Source of the DNA: an uncultured Pseudomonadales bacterium
GTDB taxonomy: Bacteria; Patescibacteriota; Microgenomatia; UBA1400; UBA1449
Direction: 5' to 3'
DNA length: 64,000 bases
Assembly (NCBI GenBank): GCA_964386355.1
Contig: CAYLQQ010000004.1
Location: 7,505-71,504 of the forward strand
How positions within the stretch are numbered: position 1 is the first letter of the stretch; every line of letters begins with the position of its first letter. Under the pieces are notes generated by a model. That model was given only the letters and a program-made list of their open reading frames with translations, did no database searches and was not told the origin of the DNA. A program made the translations under genes and the position numbers. This document shows positions 28,111-40,090 of the stretch, one piece after another.

Positions 28111-30243
28111 TTATGCCTTCGCTCTGCTTGCTACAATCTCCTCAATAATATTTCTCGGTACTTCTTCATAATGGCTGGGTAAAAGCACGTTTGATGCTCG
28201 GCCTTGAGTCATGGAACGCAATATAGTCGTGTAGCTGCTCATCTCGGCTAGAGGTACAAAAGCTGTAATGACACGGATGTTTCCTCTTTGGTTCGTTCCA
28301 AGGATCTGTGCCCGTTTGCTTGACAGGTTGCCGATGACATCACCCATAAAGTCCTCAGGCGTGGAAACCTCAAGCTTCATGATGGGCTCGATCAGAGTAA
28401 GTTGTGCTTTTTTGGCAGCTTCTTGGAGAGCAAATGAGCCTGCCATCTTAAATGCCATCTCAGATGAGTCAACCTCATGGTAGGTTCCGTCATATACTGT
28501 TACTTCGATATCAACAAGCGGAAATCCTGCCAGAACACCATTTTCACAGGCTTCTTTAGCACCTTTTTCAATAGGTCCGATAAACTCTCTAGGAATAGCT
28601 CCTCCTTTGATTTCATTAACAAAGACAAAACCTTCTCCCTGTTTGAGCGGTTTAACCCGCAGAAAACAGTGCCCGTACTGACCACGACCTCCGGACTGGC
28701 GTATATATTTACCTTCTGCGTTAGCTTCCATCTTTATTGTTTCTTTGTAGGCTACCTGAGGTTTACCAGTGTTGGCATCAACACTAAACTCACGTTTGAG
28801 CCGATCGACCATAATCTCTAAATGCAGTTCTCCCATTCCAGAAATAATGGTTTGACCTGTTTCCTGATTAGTCGCTAGTTTAAATGTCGGATCCTCATCC
28901 AAGAGTTTTTTCAAAGCTATACCCATTTTCTCCTGGTCATTGCGGGTTTTAGGTTCGATAGCCAGTGAGATTACAGGATCAGCAAAGCTGATTGACTCGA
29001 GCATAATTTTGTTCTCTTCATCACATAAGGTATCTCCGGTTACTGTGTCTTTTAGTCCAACTACAGCCACGATCTCACCTGCATATGCCTCAGCTATCTC
29101 TTCTCTCTGGTTGGCATGCATAAGGAGCAAACGTCCAATCCGTTCTCTCTTGTCTTTGCTGGCATTATAGATATAAGAACCAGATTTAAGAATTCCTGAG
29201 TAGACACGGGTGTAAGCCAAACGCCCAACATGAGGATCAGTTTGTATCTTAAATGCCAAACAGGTTAGTTTTTCATCAGTAGTCAAGTTACGAGATAAGG
29301 TAATTTCCTTGTCTTTGGGATCGGTACCAGAAATTGCAGGTAGGTCAACAGGACTGGGAAGGTAATCGATCACCGCATCAAGCAGAAGTTGAATACCTTT
29401 ATTTTTGAGTGATGATCCTGCCATAACGGGGACCAACTGGTTGGCAATGACGGCTTTTCTCAGCGTCTTCTTTAAATCCATCAGATCTATTTCTTCACCT
29501 CCAAAGTATTTTTCCATCAAAGCTTCATCATTTTCGACAATACGCTCAATCAATTTTGCCCGCTCTGATTCAAATTTCTCCTTTAGATCTTCTGGTATCT
29601 CATCAGATATAACCGGCTTTTCTCCCCTTTCATCTTCAAATGTAACTGTTTTTTTCTCAAGAAGTAAAATAACTCCTCTAAACGTATTCTCAGCACCAAT
29701 TGGTAATACCAGGGGCGCAGTTCTGGCTCCAAGCTTTTCTTCAATATCTGCAACGGTTCGGTCAAAATTGGCACCGATTTTATCCATTTTATTGACAAAG
29801 CAAATCCGGGGTACGTGGTACTTATCAGCCTGACGCCACACAGTCTCTGATTGGGATTGAACACCCTCTTCTCCATCAAGGACGGTTATTCCACCATCCA
29901 GAACGCGTAGTGACCTTTCTACCTCAGCAGTAAAGTCCACATGGCCTGGAGTGTCGATGATATTAATACGGTGTTCGATAGGGAATTGAGACTCGACGAT
30001 CTCAGGGGTCCAAAAAGCTGTAGTAGCTGCCGAGACGATAGTAATACCCCGCTCTCGTTCCTGAGCCATCCAATCCATGACTGCAGCACCCTCGTGCACC
30101 TCACCAATCTTATACGTCCGGCCAGTGTAGTAAAGAATACGTTCGGTGGTTGTGGTCTTACCTGCGTCAATGTGCGCAATAATCCCAATGTTACGGATTA
30201 AATTAAGCTGCATGTGTCGTTTGACATCGGTAGTTGTAGTCAT
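28111..30243 (-). CDS. fusA: elongation factor G; start at ATG 30243
   Basis: [30 protein letters not shown]. Confidence 0.99.
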   Translation of the reverse strand: MTTTTDVKRHMQLNLIRNIGIIAHIDAGKTTTTERILYYTGRTYKIGEVHEGAAVMDWMAQERERGITIVSAATTAFWTPEIVESQFPIEHRINIIDTPGHVDFTAEVERSLRVLDGGITVLDGEEGVQSQSETVWRQADKYHVPRICFVNKMDKIGANFDRTVADIEEKLGARTAPLVLPIGAENTFRGVILLLEKKTVTFEDERGEKPVISDEIPEDLKEKFESERAKLIERIVENDEALMEKYFGGEEIDLMDLKKTLRKAVIANQLVPVMAGSSLKNKGIQLLLDAVIDYLPSPVDLPAISGTDPKDKEITLSRNLTTDEKLTCLAFKIQTDPHVGRLAYTRVYSGILKSGSYIYNASKDKRERIGRLLLMHANQREEIAEAYAGEIVAVVGLKDTVTGDTLCDEENKIMLESISFADPVISLAIEPKTRNDQEKMGIALKKLLDEDPTFKLATNQETGQTIISGMGELHLEIMVDRLKREFSVDANTGKPQVAYKETIKMEANAEGKYIRQSGGRGQYGHCFLRVKPLKQGEGFVFVNEIKGGAIPREFIGPIEKGAKEACENGVLAGFPLVDIEVTVYDGTYHEVDSSEMAFKMAGSFALQEAAKKAQLTLIEPIMKLEVSTPEDFMGDVIGNLSSKRAQILGTNQRGNIRVITAFVPLAEMSSYTTILRSMTQGRASNVLLPSHYEEVPRNIIEEIVASRAKA

Positions 30244-30253
30244 AAATTTGTAA

Positions 30254-30361
30254 GGCAAAAGTCAAAAGGCAAAAGTCAAAACGTAATAAGAAAGAAAAAT
30301 CCCATCTTTATTTTTGAACTTTTAACTGCATTTTTGAATTTTGAGTTTTGAATTTTGAGTT
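30254..30361. repeat. inverted heptamer repeat tract
   Basis: (GGCAAAA GTCAAAA)x2 facing TTTTGAA/TTTTGAG repeats. Confidence 0.8.
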
Positions 30362-30413
30362 TAACATCGTATTTTACCTAAAAAAATGAAAAACCGCCAG
30401 AAGGCGTTAGACT

Positions 30414-30444
30414 TAAAAGGACGGATCATTGATCCGCCCCTTAC
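30414..30444. repeat. GTAG-type REP-like palindrome
   Basis: Minus strand GTAAGGGGCGGATCA-A-TGATCCGTCC. Confidence 0.5.
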
Positions 30445-30482
30445 TTACATTCTGTAATTCGTTAATTCTTATATTCCCAAAC

Positions 30483-30965
30483 CTACCATCTAAAGTGTGC
30501 AAATGCTTTATTTGCCTCAGCTGCACGGTGTGTATCATCACGTTTCTTGACTGACAATCCCTGGTTATGGATAGCATCCATCATCTCAGCTGCCAATTTT
30601 GCCCCAAATGAGCGGTACTCTTTGTTTGGTCTCAATCTGGCACAGTTGACTAACCAGCGAATTGCCAAAGTTTCGCGTCTATCACCTTTGACTGGCATAG
30701 GCACCTGATACGCCGCTCCACCGATACGCCGGGAACGGACTTCAACAAGTGGTTTGATGTTATCCAAGGCCTGACGGACAATCTCGAGAGCATCATCTTT
30801 ATTCATCTTCTCAGCCATAATTTTCATGGCTTCATAGACCTGCTTTTGGGCAATAGATTTTTTACCATCACGCATAGACCGGTTGATAAGCTTGCTTAAT
30901 AGCCTACTTCCATAGATTGGATCTGGGTTGATAATTCGTTTTTTTGTTCTTCCTGAACGTGCCAT
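30483..30965 (-). CDS. rpsG: 30S ribosomal protein S7
   Basis: DGKKS, RRIGGAAYQVP, AEANKAFAHFRW. Confidence 0.98.
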   Translation of the reverse strand: MARSGRTKKRIINPDPIYGSRLLSKLINRSMRDGKKSIAQKQVYEAMKIMAEKMNKDDALEIVRQALDNIKPLVEVRSRRIGGAAYQVPMPVKGDRRETLAIRWLVNCARLRPNKEYRSFGAKLAAEMMDAIHNQGLSVKKRDDTHRAAEANKAFAHFRW

Positions 30966-30988
30966 ATATTTTTACTATATATTTATTA

Positions 30989-31435
30989 CTATTTAGCCTT
31001 AGCAACTCCTTCTGCTTTGCCTGATTTGCCTCCGCGCTTGGTACCGTATTGAGATCTAGATTGCATACGGCCTTCTACTCCAAGACAGTCATATTTACCA
31101 CGGACAATATGGTACTTCACACCTGGCAAATCTTTGACACGACCACCTCTAACTAGCACCACTGAGTGCTCAGCCAGATTATGACCCTCGCCTTGGATAT
31201 ATGCTGTGACTTCCATTTTGTTGGATAAACGCACCCTGGCTACTTTACGTAAAGCGGAGTTTGGTTTTTTGGGTGTCATGGTTTTGACCACTGTACACAC
31301 ACCCCGTTTTTGAGGGTTGGTCGTTTTGACAGCTCTTCGTTTCAAACCATTAAAGGATTTGCGTAAAGCTGACGCTTTTATACGCTTGCTTGTCTGTTTT
31401 CTCGGGTTTTTTATCAGTTGGTTTATTGTCGGCAT
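30989..31435 (-). CDS. rpsL: 30S ribosomal protein S12
   Basis: [24 protein letters not shown]. Confidence 0.99.
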   Translation of the reverse strand: MPTINQLIKNPRKQTSKRIKASALRKSFNGLKRRAVKTTNPQKRGVCTVVKTMTPKKPNSALRKVARVRLSNKMEVTAYIQGEGHNLAEHSVVLVRGGRVKDLPGVKYHIVRGKYDCLGVEGRMQSRSQYGTKRGGKSGKAEGVAKAK

Positions 31436-31439
31436 ATCT

Positions 31440-34400
31440 TTATCCTTGTATAACTAATCTAGCCCGCTCCTCACTGGTCGGGATTAGACGCCCAATTATA
31501 ACGTTTTCTTTCAATCCTATCAAGTGATCTTCTCTGCCTAAAGTGGCAGCATCTGTTAAAACACTTGAAGTCTCTTGGAATGAAGATGCTGAAAGCCAGC
31601 TGTCAGTATACAGAGATGCTCTAGTAACACCAAGTAATATCTGAATCGCTGTAGCAGGCTCACCGCCTGCAGCAACAACGGCCGCATTCTCATCTTCAAA
31701 TTTGTAACGCTTTACGAGTTCTCCTGGTAAAAGTGATGTATCTCCGGTGGTTTCTACCTTTACCTTAGTAGACATTTCGCGGACAATGACTTCAAAATGC
31801 TTGTCGTTAATTGAAATACCTTGAGATTCGTATACCGCTTGCAGTTCTGTGATCAGGTATTCCTGAGCCGACCGTAATCCCTTGATGCGGAGAACTTCTT
31901 TTGGATCAGCTCCTCCTGAAGCTAAAAGGTGCCCCATTGGAATCAGCTCGCCATCTTTGACTTTAAGGGTACTAGTAAGGGGTACAGCATAGGTACGCTG
32001 ATCAACAGGTTTCTCATTCTCATTGGTAACGGTAATTGAGTAGCCTAGCTCTGTTTCATCAATTGTGACTTTTCCGGCAATCTCAGAGATGGGTGAAAAG
32101 TACTTGGGAACTCGCAACTCAAAGAGCTCTTCGACTCTTGGAAGACCCTGAGTCACGTCCTGCATTACCACACCTCCAGTATGTTTAACCCGCATAGTCA
32201 GCTGCGTACCGGGTTCTCCGATAGACTGAGCAGCAATGACTCCAACCGGTGCGCCAATCATTGCAGTCTTCTTGGTTGAAAAATCCCAACCATAACACTT
32301 CTGGCACAATCCATGAGGTGCTGTACATGTTAAAGGCGAATAAATCGCAACTTTGGTGATTTTGGTTTTTGCAATTTTATCAGCTGCTTTTTCACTAATC
32401 AACTCACCTTTTTTGACTAATATCTCGCCTGATTCGGGATTTTTAATATTTTTTGCTGCATTACGACCGACAATTCTGGTTACAAATGACTTCTCGCGGG
32501 TTTCCTCACGGATAATTTCGATGAAATCCTCTGTTTCACAATCTTCTGTTCTGATGATAACTTCATGAGACACATCTACCAAACGGCGGGTCAAGTAACC
32601 TGCATTTGCAGTCTTGACGGCTGAGTCTGTCAAACCTTTACGAGATCCACGAGCGGCTGTCACATACTCAAAGATAGACAAACCTTCACGGAAGTTTGAT
32701 TTGGTAGGCAATTCCACGATTTTACCTAAAGGATCTACAGACAAACCTCTCATTGCTGCCAGCTGCTTGACCTGATCTTTGGATGCACGGGTACCGCCTG
32801 AGTTAATCATGACTTTAACAGGATTGGTGTCTTCAAATGCATCCCAGGTTTTTTCAGCTAGGTTATCTGATGTTTCTATCCAAAGATCAATAGATAAACG
32901 TTTCTTTTCCTCGCGTGTAATCAACCCCAGCTTGTAGTTTGAATCTATTTCTTCAGCTTTTTTGTTAGCTGCAGCTATGATTTCATCTTTTTCATCTACA
33001 ATCGTACAATCCTGGACTGCGACAGACAAACCTGACAGTGTCTCAGCTTTAAACCCGAGAGCTTTGACGTTGTCAATCATAGTCATCATCTGTTCATAAT
33101 TATAGCGGTGCATCGCATCATTCATCATTGCCTTTAAAACTGATGCGTTGATAGGTTTATTTACATATTCCATATCTTCCGGCAATATCTCATTAAACCA
33201 AATTCTCCCGACAGATGTTTCCATGATCTGGCCATCAATAAATACTTTAATAGGTTGACGAAGACCAATTTTATCGTTTTGGAATGCTGTATTAGCTTCC
33301 AATGTCGATGAAAATACGGTTGATGGCGCTTTTGCACCATTTTCGAATGTAGTCAAAAAGTATACTCCCAGTACCATATTCTTATTAGGAATAGTAATAG
33401 GTGATCCATCGGCAGGTTTAAGAAGGTTTTTCTCAGGCATCATCAACGCAATGGCTTCATCCCTGGCTTCTTTTGATAGAGGTACATGCACTGCCATCTG
33501 ATCTCCATCAAAGTCAGCGTTGTATCCCGAACATACAGATGGATGCAAACGGATAGCATTACCTTCTATTAAAACTGGGAAAAATGCCTGTATACCTAGT
33601 TTATGTAGGGTTGGTGCACGGTTAAGTAACACTGGGTGATCTTTGGTGATTTCTTCCAAAATATCGTATACCTCTGGCGGACGACGCTCTAATACGTGTT
33701 TAGCTGATTTGACGTTTGGAGCTAAACCGCGCATAATAAGTTCGCGCAATACAAACGGTTTGAACATTTCTAGTGCCATGTCTTTTGGTAAACCACACTG
33801 GTTTAAAGCCAACTCAGGACCAACCACAATGACTGAACGACCTGAATAGTCAACACGTTTGCCCAAAAGGTTCTGGCGGAAACGACCCTGCTTACCCTTA
33901 AGCATTTCTGACAGTGATTTAAGCTCTTTGGTGCCGCGTCTGCGGGCTGACTGCCTGGCTTGTGAGGCATCAATAAGCGTATCAACAGCTTCCTGCAACA
34001 TGCGTTTTTCGTTACGTAAAATAATTTCCGGAGCTCCAAGATTGATTAAGTGCTTGAGCCGGTTGTTACGGTTGATGACTCTCCGGTACAAATCATTGAG
34101 ATCTGAGGTTGCAAATCTGCCACCGGACAGCTGGACCATAGGTCTTAGATCTGGTGGAATAACCGGACAGATTACCATAATCATCCAAGCAGGATCAATG
34201 CCGGCTTTTCGTAGTCCTTCAACAATCCTCAGATGTTTGATAGCTTTGATCCGTTTTTGACCCTTAGCTTCTCTTGTTACCTGACGTAATTCGCTGGCTT
34301 CTTTTTCCAGGTCAAGCTCTCTAAGTAAACGCAACACTGATTCAGCGCCCATTCCAACTTCCATAAATGTGTCGGCTTCATAATCAACCAGTTTTAAATA

Positions 34401-35141
34401 CTCGTCTTCGGATAAAACAGTTTTTACATCTATCTTTTTTACAAGTGAAGCAACTGTTTTATACACTTCTTCTGCTGTTTCTTTTTCAGATTGCAGATTT
34501 TCACGCAAACGTGATAATTCCCGTTTGGTTTTAATCGATGCTTCTTCTAGGGCTATTTTTTGCTGATCTTTCCCTTTGATTTTTCCTTTTATTTCTTCAA
34601 GTTTGGTATCAGCCTGAGCTTGAGCTGCGTTTATTTTTTCCTCAAATTGATTTTCAAGATTTTGTTTGACTTCGGCAAGTTTTACATCGAGTTGCTCAAT
34701 AACTTGTTTGCGGGTCTCGTCATTTACTGACAAAACAACGTAACGGGCAAAATAGATGACACCCGACAAGGCTCTGGGTGAGATGTCTAGCAGCAGAGAA
34801 ATTTTTGAGGGAGCTCCTTTAAAAAACCAGATGTGTGCAACCGGACAAGCCAGTTTGATATGGCCCATGCGTTCACGCCTGACCCTGGAGTTTGTTACCT
34901 CAACTCCGCACTTATCGCAAATAATACCTTTATAGCGGATACGTTTGTACTTTCCGCAGTAACATTCCCAATCTTTCGTAGGTCCAAAAATTTTCTCACA
35001 AAACAGACCATCTTTTTCAGGTTTTAGGGTCCGGTAGTTGATCGTTTCCGGTTTGGTTACCTCACCATGAGACCATGAGGCAATATCCTCAGGAGACGCA
35101 ATTTTTAGGGTTAATGTGTTAAAGTCGACTAGATTTTTCAT
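31440..35141 (-). CDS. rpoC: RNA polymerase beta' subunit
   Basis: NADFDGD catalytic motif, N-terminal Zn finger, GKRVDYSGR. Confidence 0.99.
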   Translation of the reverse strand: MKNLVDFNTLTLKIASPEDIASWSHGEVTKPETINYRTLKPEKDGLFCEKIFGPTKDWECYCGKYKRIRYKGIICDKCGVEVTNSRVRRERMGHIKLACPVAHIWFFKGAPSKISLLLDISPRALSGVIYFARYVVLSVNDETRKQVIEQLDVKLAEVKQNLENQFEEKINAAQAQADTKLEEIKGKIKGKDQQKIALEEASIKTKRELSRLRENLQSEKETAEEVYKTVASLVKKIDVKTVLSEDEYLKLVDYEADTFMEVGMGAESVLRLLRELDLEKEASELRQVTREAKGQKRIKAIKHLRIVEGLRKAGIDPAWMIMVICPVIPPDLRPMVQLSGGRFATSDLNDLYRRVINRNNRLKHLINLGAPEIILRNEKRMLQEAVDTLIDASQARQSARRRGTKELKSLSEMLKGKQGRFRQNLLGKRVDYSGRSVIVVGPELALNQCGLPKDMALEMFKPFVLRELIMRGLAPNVKSAKHVLERRPPEVYDILEEITKDHPVLLNRAPTLHKLGIQAFFPVLIEGNAIRLHPSVCSGYNADFDGDQMAVHVPLSKEARDEAIALMMPEKNLLKPADGSPITIPNKNMVLGVYFLTTFENGAKAPSTVFSSTLEANTAFQNDKIGLRQPIKVFIDGQIMETSVGRIWFNEILPEDMEYVNKPINASVLKAMMNDAMHRYNYEQMMTMIDNVKALGFKAETLSGLSVAVQDCTIVDEKDEIIAAANKKAEEIDSNYKLGLITREEKKRLSIDLWIETSDNLAEKTWDAFEDTNPVKVMINSGGTRASKDQVKQLAAMRGLSVDPLGKIVELPTKSNFREGLSIFEYVTAARGSRKGLTDSAVKTANAGYLTRRLVDVSHEVIIRTEDCETEDFIEIIREETREKSFVTRIVGRNAAKNIKNPESGEILVKKGELISEKAADKIAKTKITKVAIYSPLTCTAPHGLCQKCYGWDFSTKKTAMIGAPVGVIAAQSIGEPGTQLTMRVKHTGGVVMQDVTQGLPRVEELFELRVPKYFSPISEIAGKVTIDETELGYSITVTNENEKPVDQRTYAVPLTSTLKVKDGELIPMGHLLASGGADPKEVLRIKGLRSAQEYLITELQAVYESQGISINDKHFEVIVREMSTKVKVETTGDTSLLPGELVKRYKFEDENAAVVAAGGEPATAIQILLGVTRASLYTDSWLSASSFQETSSVLTDAATLGREDHLIGLKENVIIGRLIPTSEERARLVIQG

Positions 35142-35174
35142 ATGATGTGTACAAATATGTCTTTATTACTAGAC

Positions 35175-38100
35175 CTATTCAGTACCTCCTTCCTCAGTTA
35201 CTGACTCAGATTCTCCTAATGTACTCTCATCGGGACCATTTATATCAAGCTCATCAACGCTATCTAAACCATCAGCATCATCGGTATCATCACCAGAATC
35301 ATCAGAACTGACGCTTGTGTCATCTGCCAGTACAGGAGTAGCAGCCAAAGCAGTGATATCTTCCCCTGCAGCCAAAGTGGCTACGTCTTCATCTTCCGCT
35401 TCAATTTCCATCTTCCCGCCAGCAATGACGTTAAATGATAAGCTATTTAACTCTTTAACTAAGACGTTAAATGACTCAGGTACAGTTGATTGGGGAAGAT
35501 CTGTTCCTTTGACAATAGCTTCAAACGCTTTGGAACGGCCTACCACATCATCTGATTTAATAGTCAGCATTTCCTGTAGGACATGAGCTGCACGGTGCGC
35601 TTCTAGTGCCCACACTTCCATTTCTCCTAATCTCTGTCCTCCCATCTGAGCTTTACCTCCAAGAGGCTGCTGAGTAACGAGTGAGTATGGACCGGTTGAT
35701 CTGGCGTGCATCTTATCCTCAACCATGTGAGCTAATTTCATGATGTAACCAATACCAACCATAGTTTTATTTGCAAAGGGATCACCTGTACGTCCATCAT
35801 ATAATTGAACTTTACTGTCAAGCGGTAAACCTGCTTTTTTCATTTCACCTGAAATAAACTCTTCGGATATATTCTCAAAAACAGGTAATGCAACACGGTA
35901 ACCAAGTTTCTGGGCTGCCCATCCTATCTGTGCTTCTAAAAGTTGACCCAAATTCATACGGGCTAGAACTGATAGAGGTGAAATAATAATGTCAACATGG
36001 GTACCATCTTCCAAATAGGGCATATCAGCTGCTGGGACGATACGGGAAATAACTCCCTTGTTTCCATGACGTCCTGCAAGTTTATCCCCGATAACTACCT
36101 TTCTCATCTGTGCAACCAAAATACGAATCTCTTTTATAACTCCCGGATCAAGCTCATCACCTTCTTCTCTGTCTAACACGTGGGTAGCGATGACCGTACC
36201 ATGTTCACCGTGAGGCATACGAAGTGATGTATCACGAACTTCACGGGCTTTTTCTCCAAATATAGCTCGCAGTAACCGTTCCTCTGCAGTCAGTTCTGTT
36301 TCACCTTTGGGGGCAATTTTTCCAACCAGGATATCTCCAGAACCGACGGTTGAGCCGATAGCTACAATACCGTCTTCACCCAGGTGTGCAAGATCGGTCT
36401 CACCGACATTCGGAATATCACGGGTAATTTCTTCGGGTCCTAGTTTTGTATCCATTACCTGCACCATGTGTTCACTGATATGAATTGAGGTTAAGGTGTC
36501 ATCTTTTACCAAACGGTCAGAAATTACAATACCATCTTCATATCCATGTCCATCAAATGCACCATAGGCAATGAGCAAGTTTTTACCCAAAGCCAATTCT
36601 CCCAAGTCACATGCCGGACCATCAATAAGAATATCTCCTTGTTTAATCTTCTGGCCAGTAAAGACATTGGTTGTTTGTGAATAACAGGTACTCTGAGGTG
36701 AACGGGTAAACTTTACAAGTTTGTATATGAGTGTATTATCTTTAACTCTTGTAATGTAGGGGTATATGTCCCTATTATCCTTAACTTTCTTAACATCAGT
36801 ATCAGAAACCAATAGTTCAATCCGACTCGCATCTGCATACGCTACAGTACCATCAAAATCAGCCCGGACTACCCGATGCATAGCCTCTGCTACAGCAGGC
36901 TCCATACCGGTTCCGACAATAGGAGCAGAAGGATTAACTAAAGGCACAGCTTGACATTGCATGTGCGTTCCCATCAATGCCCGGATAGCTTCATCGTGTG
37001 CTAAAAATGGAATCAAAGATGCAGAAGTACCCACAACTTGTCTGGATGCAATATCGATAAGCTGAACGGCTGTAACATCAGTTTCGATAAATTCTCCGTT
37101 ATACCTGGCTCCTACCCACTGGTCAGTAATGTATCCTTTTTCATCAATGCTTACCTCGGCATGAGTAATGTAGTAATCTTCCTCATCATCAGCAGAAATA
37201 TACACAATTTCATCTGTTATTTTCATTTTGGTATTGCTTCCGTTTTTCTCTGTAATGACCTTATGGTACGGAGCTTCTAAAAATCCGTACTCATTGACCT
37301 TGGCATACAGTGAGAGGTAGGTCACTAAACCAATGTTAGGACCTTCAGGCGACCTGACCGGATCGATTCTTGAGTACTGAGAGTGGTTAATATCCCGCAT
37401 AGAAAAGCTAGCTCTTTCTCTTGTGACTCCCCCTGAACCCATGACTGATAACCTACGCAGGTTATCGATTTCTGATAAAGGATTGGTCTGATCTAAAATT
37501 GTTGAAAGCCTGTTTCTGCGGAAAAACTCTGAAATTGCTGCTACCAAAGGCCGGGGATTAACGAGCGTGCTAGGAGTGATAAGCATGTCTGATTTGGCCA
37601 GTGACATCTTCTCACGTATAGATCTCTCAAGACGTAATAGTCCTACGCGGAATGCAACCTGGGAAACCAACTCACCAACTCGTCTCACTCTCCTGTTTGA
37701 AAGATGGTCAATATCATCAACTTTACCTTCACCATTTTGAAGTTTGATCAGATAGGCAACCGTAGCTACGATATCTTCAACTCGTAGTACATGATTGGCT
37801 TCAATATTTTCAATATCCAAATGCAGTCTTTTGTTCAGTTTGTAGCGTCCAACTCTCCCTAAATCGTACCTACGATAATCAAAAAACATGCTATGTAACA
37901 GCTGTCTGGCATTTTCTAATACAGCCGGCTCTCCTGGCCTCATCTTTTCATGGATTTCAACTAGCGCTTCTTCTTGGGTTTTTGCCGTATCTTTGTCAAT
38001 AGTTGCTTTGACATATGACTTGTCCGCATTTATATCAACATCCTTAAACGTTTCAAATAGAATTTCATCTGTAGCTAAGCCAATAGCACGCAAAAGTGTG

Positions 38101-38669
38101 GTAACCGGCAGTTTGCGATGCCTGTCAATTTTGACTGAAATTACTCCATGACGGGAAATACCGAACTCTAACCATGATCCGCGTAACGGCCTCAGCTCTG
38201 CTTGATATAGCATTTGTCCTGAGGTCGGCTCAACTGCTCCAGAAAAGAATACGCCAGGAGATCTGACTAGCTGGGAAACAACTGCACGGTCAACACCATT
38301 AATCACAAATGTACCAGCAGGAGTCATAATAGGTATATCACCTAAGAATACTTCTTGATTGACTGTCTCTCCGGTTTTTTTATTTAAAAGGGTAGCTTCA
38401 GCCCGTAGTGGGGCTTCGTAATTTAGACCCTTTTCTCTGGCCTGTTCTGGAGTCAATTTAGGTTCACCAAGAGCATGTTTGCCAAAGGAAAGAGCCCAAT
38501 TTTTACCGGTAAAATCGTCAATAGGTGATATTTCTTTGAGCCGTTCGGTGATGCCTGTTGCGATAAACTCTCTATACGAAGCTTTCTGAATTTCCAGGAG
38601 GTCTAATTGAGGAAGTGGTAAATTCTGTTTTCCTAAATATAAACGATTAGATTTGGTTAGTGCATTCAT
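35175..38669 (-). CDS. rpoB: RNA polymerase beta subunit; start at ATG 38669
   Basis: GDKLAGRHGNKG, GGQRLGEMEVWA, PEGPNIGL. Confidence 0.99.
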   Translation of the reverse strand: MNALTKSNRLYLGKQNLPLPQLDLLEIQKASYREFIATGITERLKEISPIDDFTGKNWALSFGKHALGEPKLTPEQAREKGLNYEAPLRAEATLLNKKTGETVNQEVFLGDIPIMTPAGTFVINGVDRAVVSQLVRSPGVFFSGAVEPTSGQMLYQAELRPLRGSWLEFGISRHGVISVKIDRHRKLPVTTLLRAIGLATDEILFETFKDVDINADKSYVKATIDKDTAKTQEEALVEIHEKMRPGEPAVLENARQLLHSMFFDYRRYDLGRVGRYKLNKRLHLDIENIEANHVLRVEDIVATVAYLIKLQNGEGKVDDIDHLSNRRVRRVGELVSQVAFRVGLLRLERSIREKMSLAKSDMLITPSTLVNPRPLVAAISEFFRRNRLSTILDQTNPLSEIDNLRRLSVMGSGGVTRERASFSMRDINHSQYSRIDPVRSPEGPNIGLVTYLSLYAKVNEYGFLEAPYHKVITEKNGSNTKMKITDEIVYISADDEEDYYITHAEVSIDEKGYITDQWVGARYNGEFIETDVTAVQLIDIASRQVVGTSASLIPFLAHDEAIRALMGTHMQCQAVPLVNPSAPIVGTGMEPAVAEAMHRVVRADFDGTVAYADASRIELLVSDTDVKKVKDNRDIYPYITRVKDNTLIYKLVKFTRSPQSTCYSQTTNVFTGQKIKQGDILIDGPACDLGELALGKNLLIAYGAFDGHGYEDGIVISDRLVKDDTLTSIHISEHMVQVMDTKLGPEEITRDIPNVGETDLAHLGEDGIVAIGSTVGSGDILVGKIAPKGETELTAEERLLRAIFGEKAREVRDTSLRMPHGEHGTVIATHVLDREEGDELDPGVIKEIRILVAQMRKVVIGDKLAGRHGNKGVISRIVPAADMPYLEDGTHVDIIISPLSVLARMNLGQLLEAQIGWAAQKLGYRVALPVFENISEEFISGEMKKAGLPLDSKVQLYDGRTGDPFANKTMVGIGYIMKLAHMVEDKMHARSTGPYSLVTQQPLGGKAQMGGQRLGEMEVWALEAHRAAHVLQEMLTIKSDDVVGRSKAFEAIVKGTDLPQSTVPESFNVLVKELNSLSFNVIAGGKMEIEAEDEDVATLAAGEDITALAATPVLADDTSVSSDDSGDDTDDADGLDSVDELDINGPDESTLGESESVTEEGGTE

Positions 38670-38676
38670 ACGCAAC

Positions 38677-38704
38677 AAAAAATTCAGGGTGCCAACCTGA
38701 ATTC
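38677..38704 (-). terminator. terminator-like hairpin in the rpoB leader
   Basis: AATTCAGG-TTGGCAC-CCTGAATT followed by a T run, 7 nt before ATG. Confidence 0.6.
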
Positions 38705-38802
38705 ACTTTTGGTAATAGGATTATATACAGAGGAAAATCAAAATAACCTCCAGACAAACAAAAATCTTGGCCAAAATATGACCAATTTTGGGAAACTATG
38801 CA

Positions 38803-38830
38803 AGTTTACCAGAAACACAACCTATGTCAA
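38803..38830 (-). promoter_or_regulatory. rpoB promoter
   Basis: TTGACA-16nt-TAAACT with TG extension. Confidence 0.7.
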
Positions 38831-38983
38831 TAGGAGAATATCACAATAACCACCAGCTCATGTGTGGCAACTTGTTTCTAATATACCCAGCTTGTGTAAG
38901 TTTTGCAAGAGAATAAAATAGGAATACATCTAGGTAAAAAGAGGTACTTATTAAAGGGTTTATCCTACTATTTAACCAATAAA

Positions 38984-39997
38984 TCAAAGATATTTTGCAA
39001 TATTCTCCTGGTGTTCTTCGTACGTTTCTGAATAATGAGTTGTTCCATTTGGCTCGGATATATAGTAGAGATAATTATGTTCGTCAGGCGAAAGTACAGC
39101 CTTAATCGCCTCGAGTCCTGGATTACAAATCGGAGCCGGTGGTAACCCTGAATTGGTATAGGTATTATATGATGAATCGTAGTATTTGAGATCGTCTTGC
39201 GATACCGCAGGCCACCATTCTACACCCTCTGCCATCGAGCCTTTGTTCACTGCATTGGCTTTTGCATATTGGACAGTGGCATCTATCTGCAGGGGCATAC
39301 CAATTTTTAGGCGGTTAATTATCACAGCAGCTACTTTAGGTCTGTCCGAATCAAACTTGGCTTCTCTTTCAACAAGTGAGGCAATTATAAGAGCCTGTGA
39401 AAACGTAAGTGAATGTTTTGCAGATAATGCTCTTGTTTGATCAGGTATTTTCTGATCAAATGTGGAACGCATGAGTTCGGCTACGCCTTTTTCATCCATA
39501 GTTTTTGGTAGCAAATACGTATCGGGATAGAGATATCCATCAATATTTTTAGCAACAGTTAAAAATTCTGCGATATCAAAGGAAATACCATTTTTTTGGA
39601 ATTCTTTTTTTAGCAGCCAGGCCACTTCTTCATTACGCTTACCCTCAGGTATAGTTACCCAAAAATCTTCTTTACCTTCCGTAAGCTCTAAAGCAATTTC
39701 TTCTAATGACTGACTGGGTTTAAGTCTAAATGATCCTGCTTGTATCTTTTGGTCTATTCCTTTTTGCATGACTAGCAAACGAAAGGCTAACTGATGTTTG
39801 ATAAGATTCTTGTCTTTAAGAAGGTTTCCTATCTCAATAACTCCTGCGCCTTTTGGAATAACAAGCACTGTTTCCGCTTCAAGGTTTGGATTTATAGGCT
39901 TGTTTGCATCTATCCACCACAAATATACTCCTCCTGCAACGATTCCAAACAGAATAAATGGGGTAAACAGAACAATAAGTGCGTGTCGTTTCTTCAT
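38984..39997 (-). CDS. mltG: endolytic transglycosylase MltG (YceG family)
   Basis: N-terminal TM, YLYPDTY, ASLVERE, LQIDAT, YNTY..GLPPAPICNPG. Confidence 0.93.
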   Translation of the reverse strand: MKKRHALIVLFTPFILFGIVAGGVYLWWIDANKPINPNLEAETVLVIPKGAGVIEIGNLLKDKNLIKHQLAFRLLVMQKGIDQKIQAGSFRLKPSQSLEEIALELTEGKEDFWVTIPEGKRNEEVAWLLKKEFQKNGISFDIAEFLTVAKNIDGYLYPDTYLLPKTMDEKGVAELMRSTFDQKIPDQTRALSAKHSLTFSQALIIASLVEREAKFDSDRPKVAAVIINRLKIGMPLQIDATVQYAKANAVNKGSMAEGVEWWPAVSQDDLKYYDSSYNTYTNSGLPPAPICNPGLEAIKAVLSPDEHNYLYYISEPNGTTHYSETYEEHQENIAKYL

Positions 39998-40090
39998 GCG
40001 ATTGATTATACAGATTTAGCTGTTGGTATCTAGTAGTCAGTCGTAAGATTTATACTTTATACCTGATGCATAATACTTTATACTTCGCTC

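Noticed and set aside
34430-34740. Coiled-coil insertion near the RpoC N-terminus
   Set aside because: Lineage-specific insertions at this site are already known in Actinobacteria and related phyla
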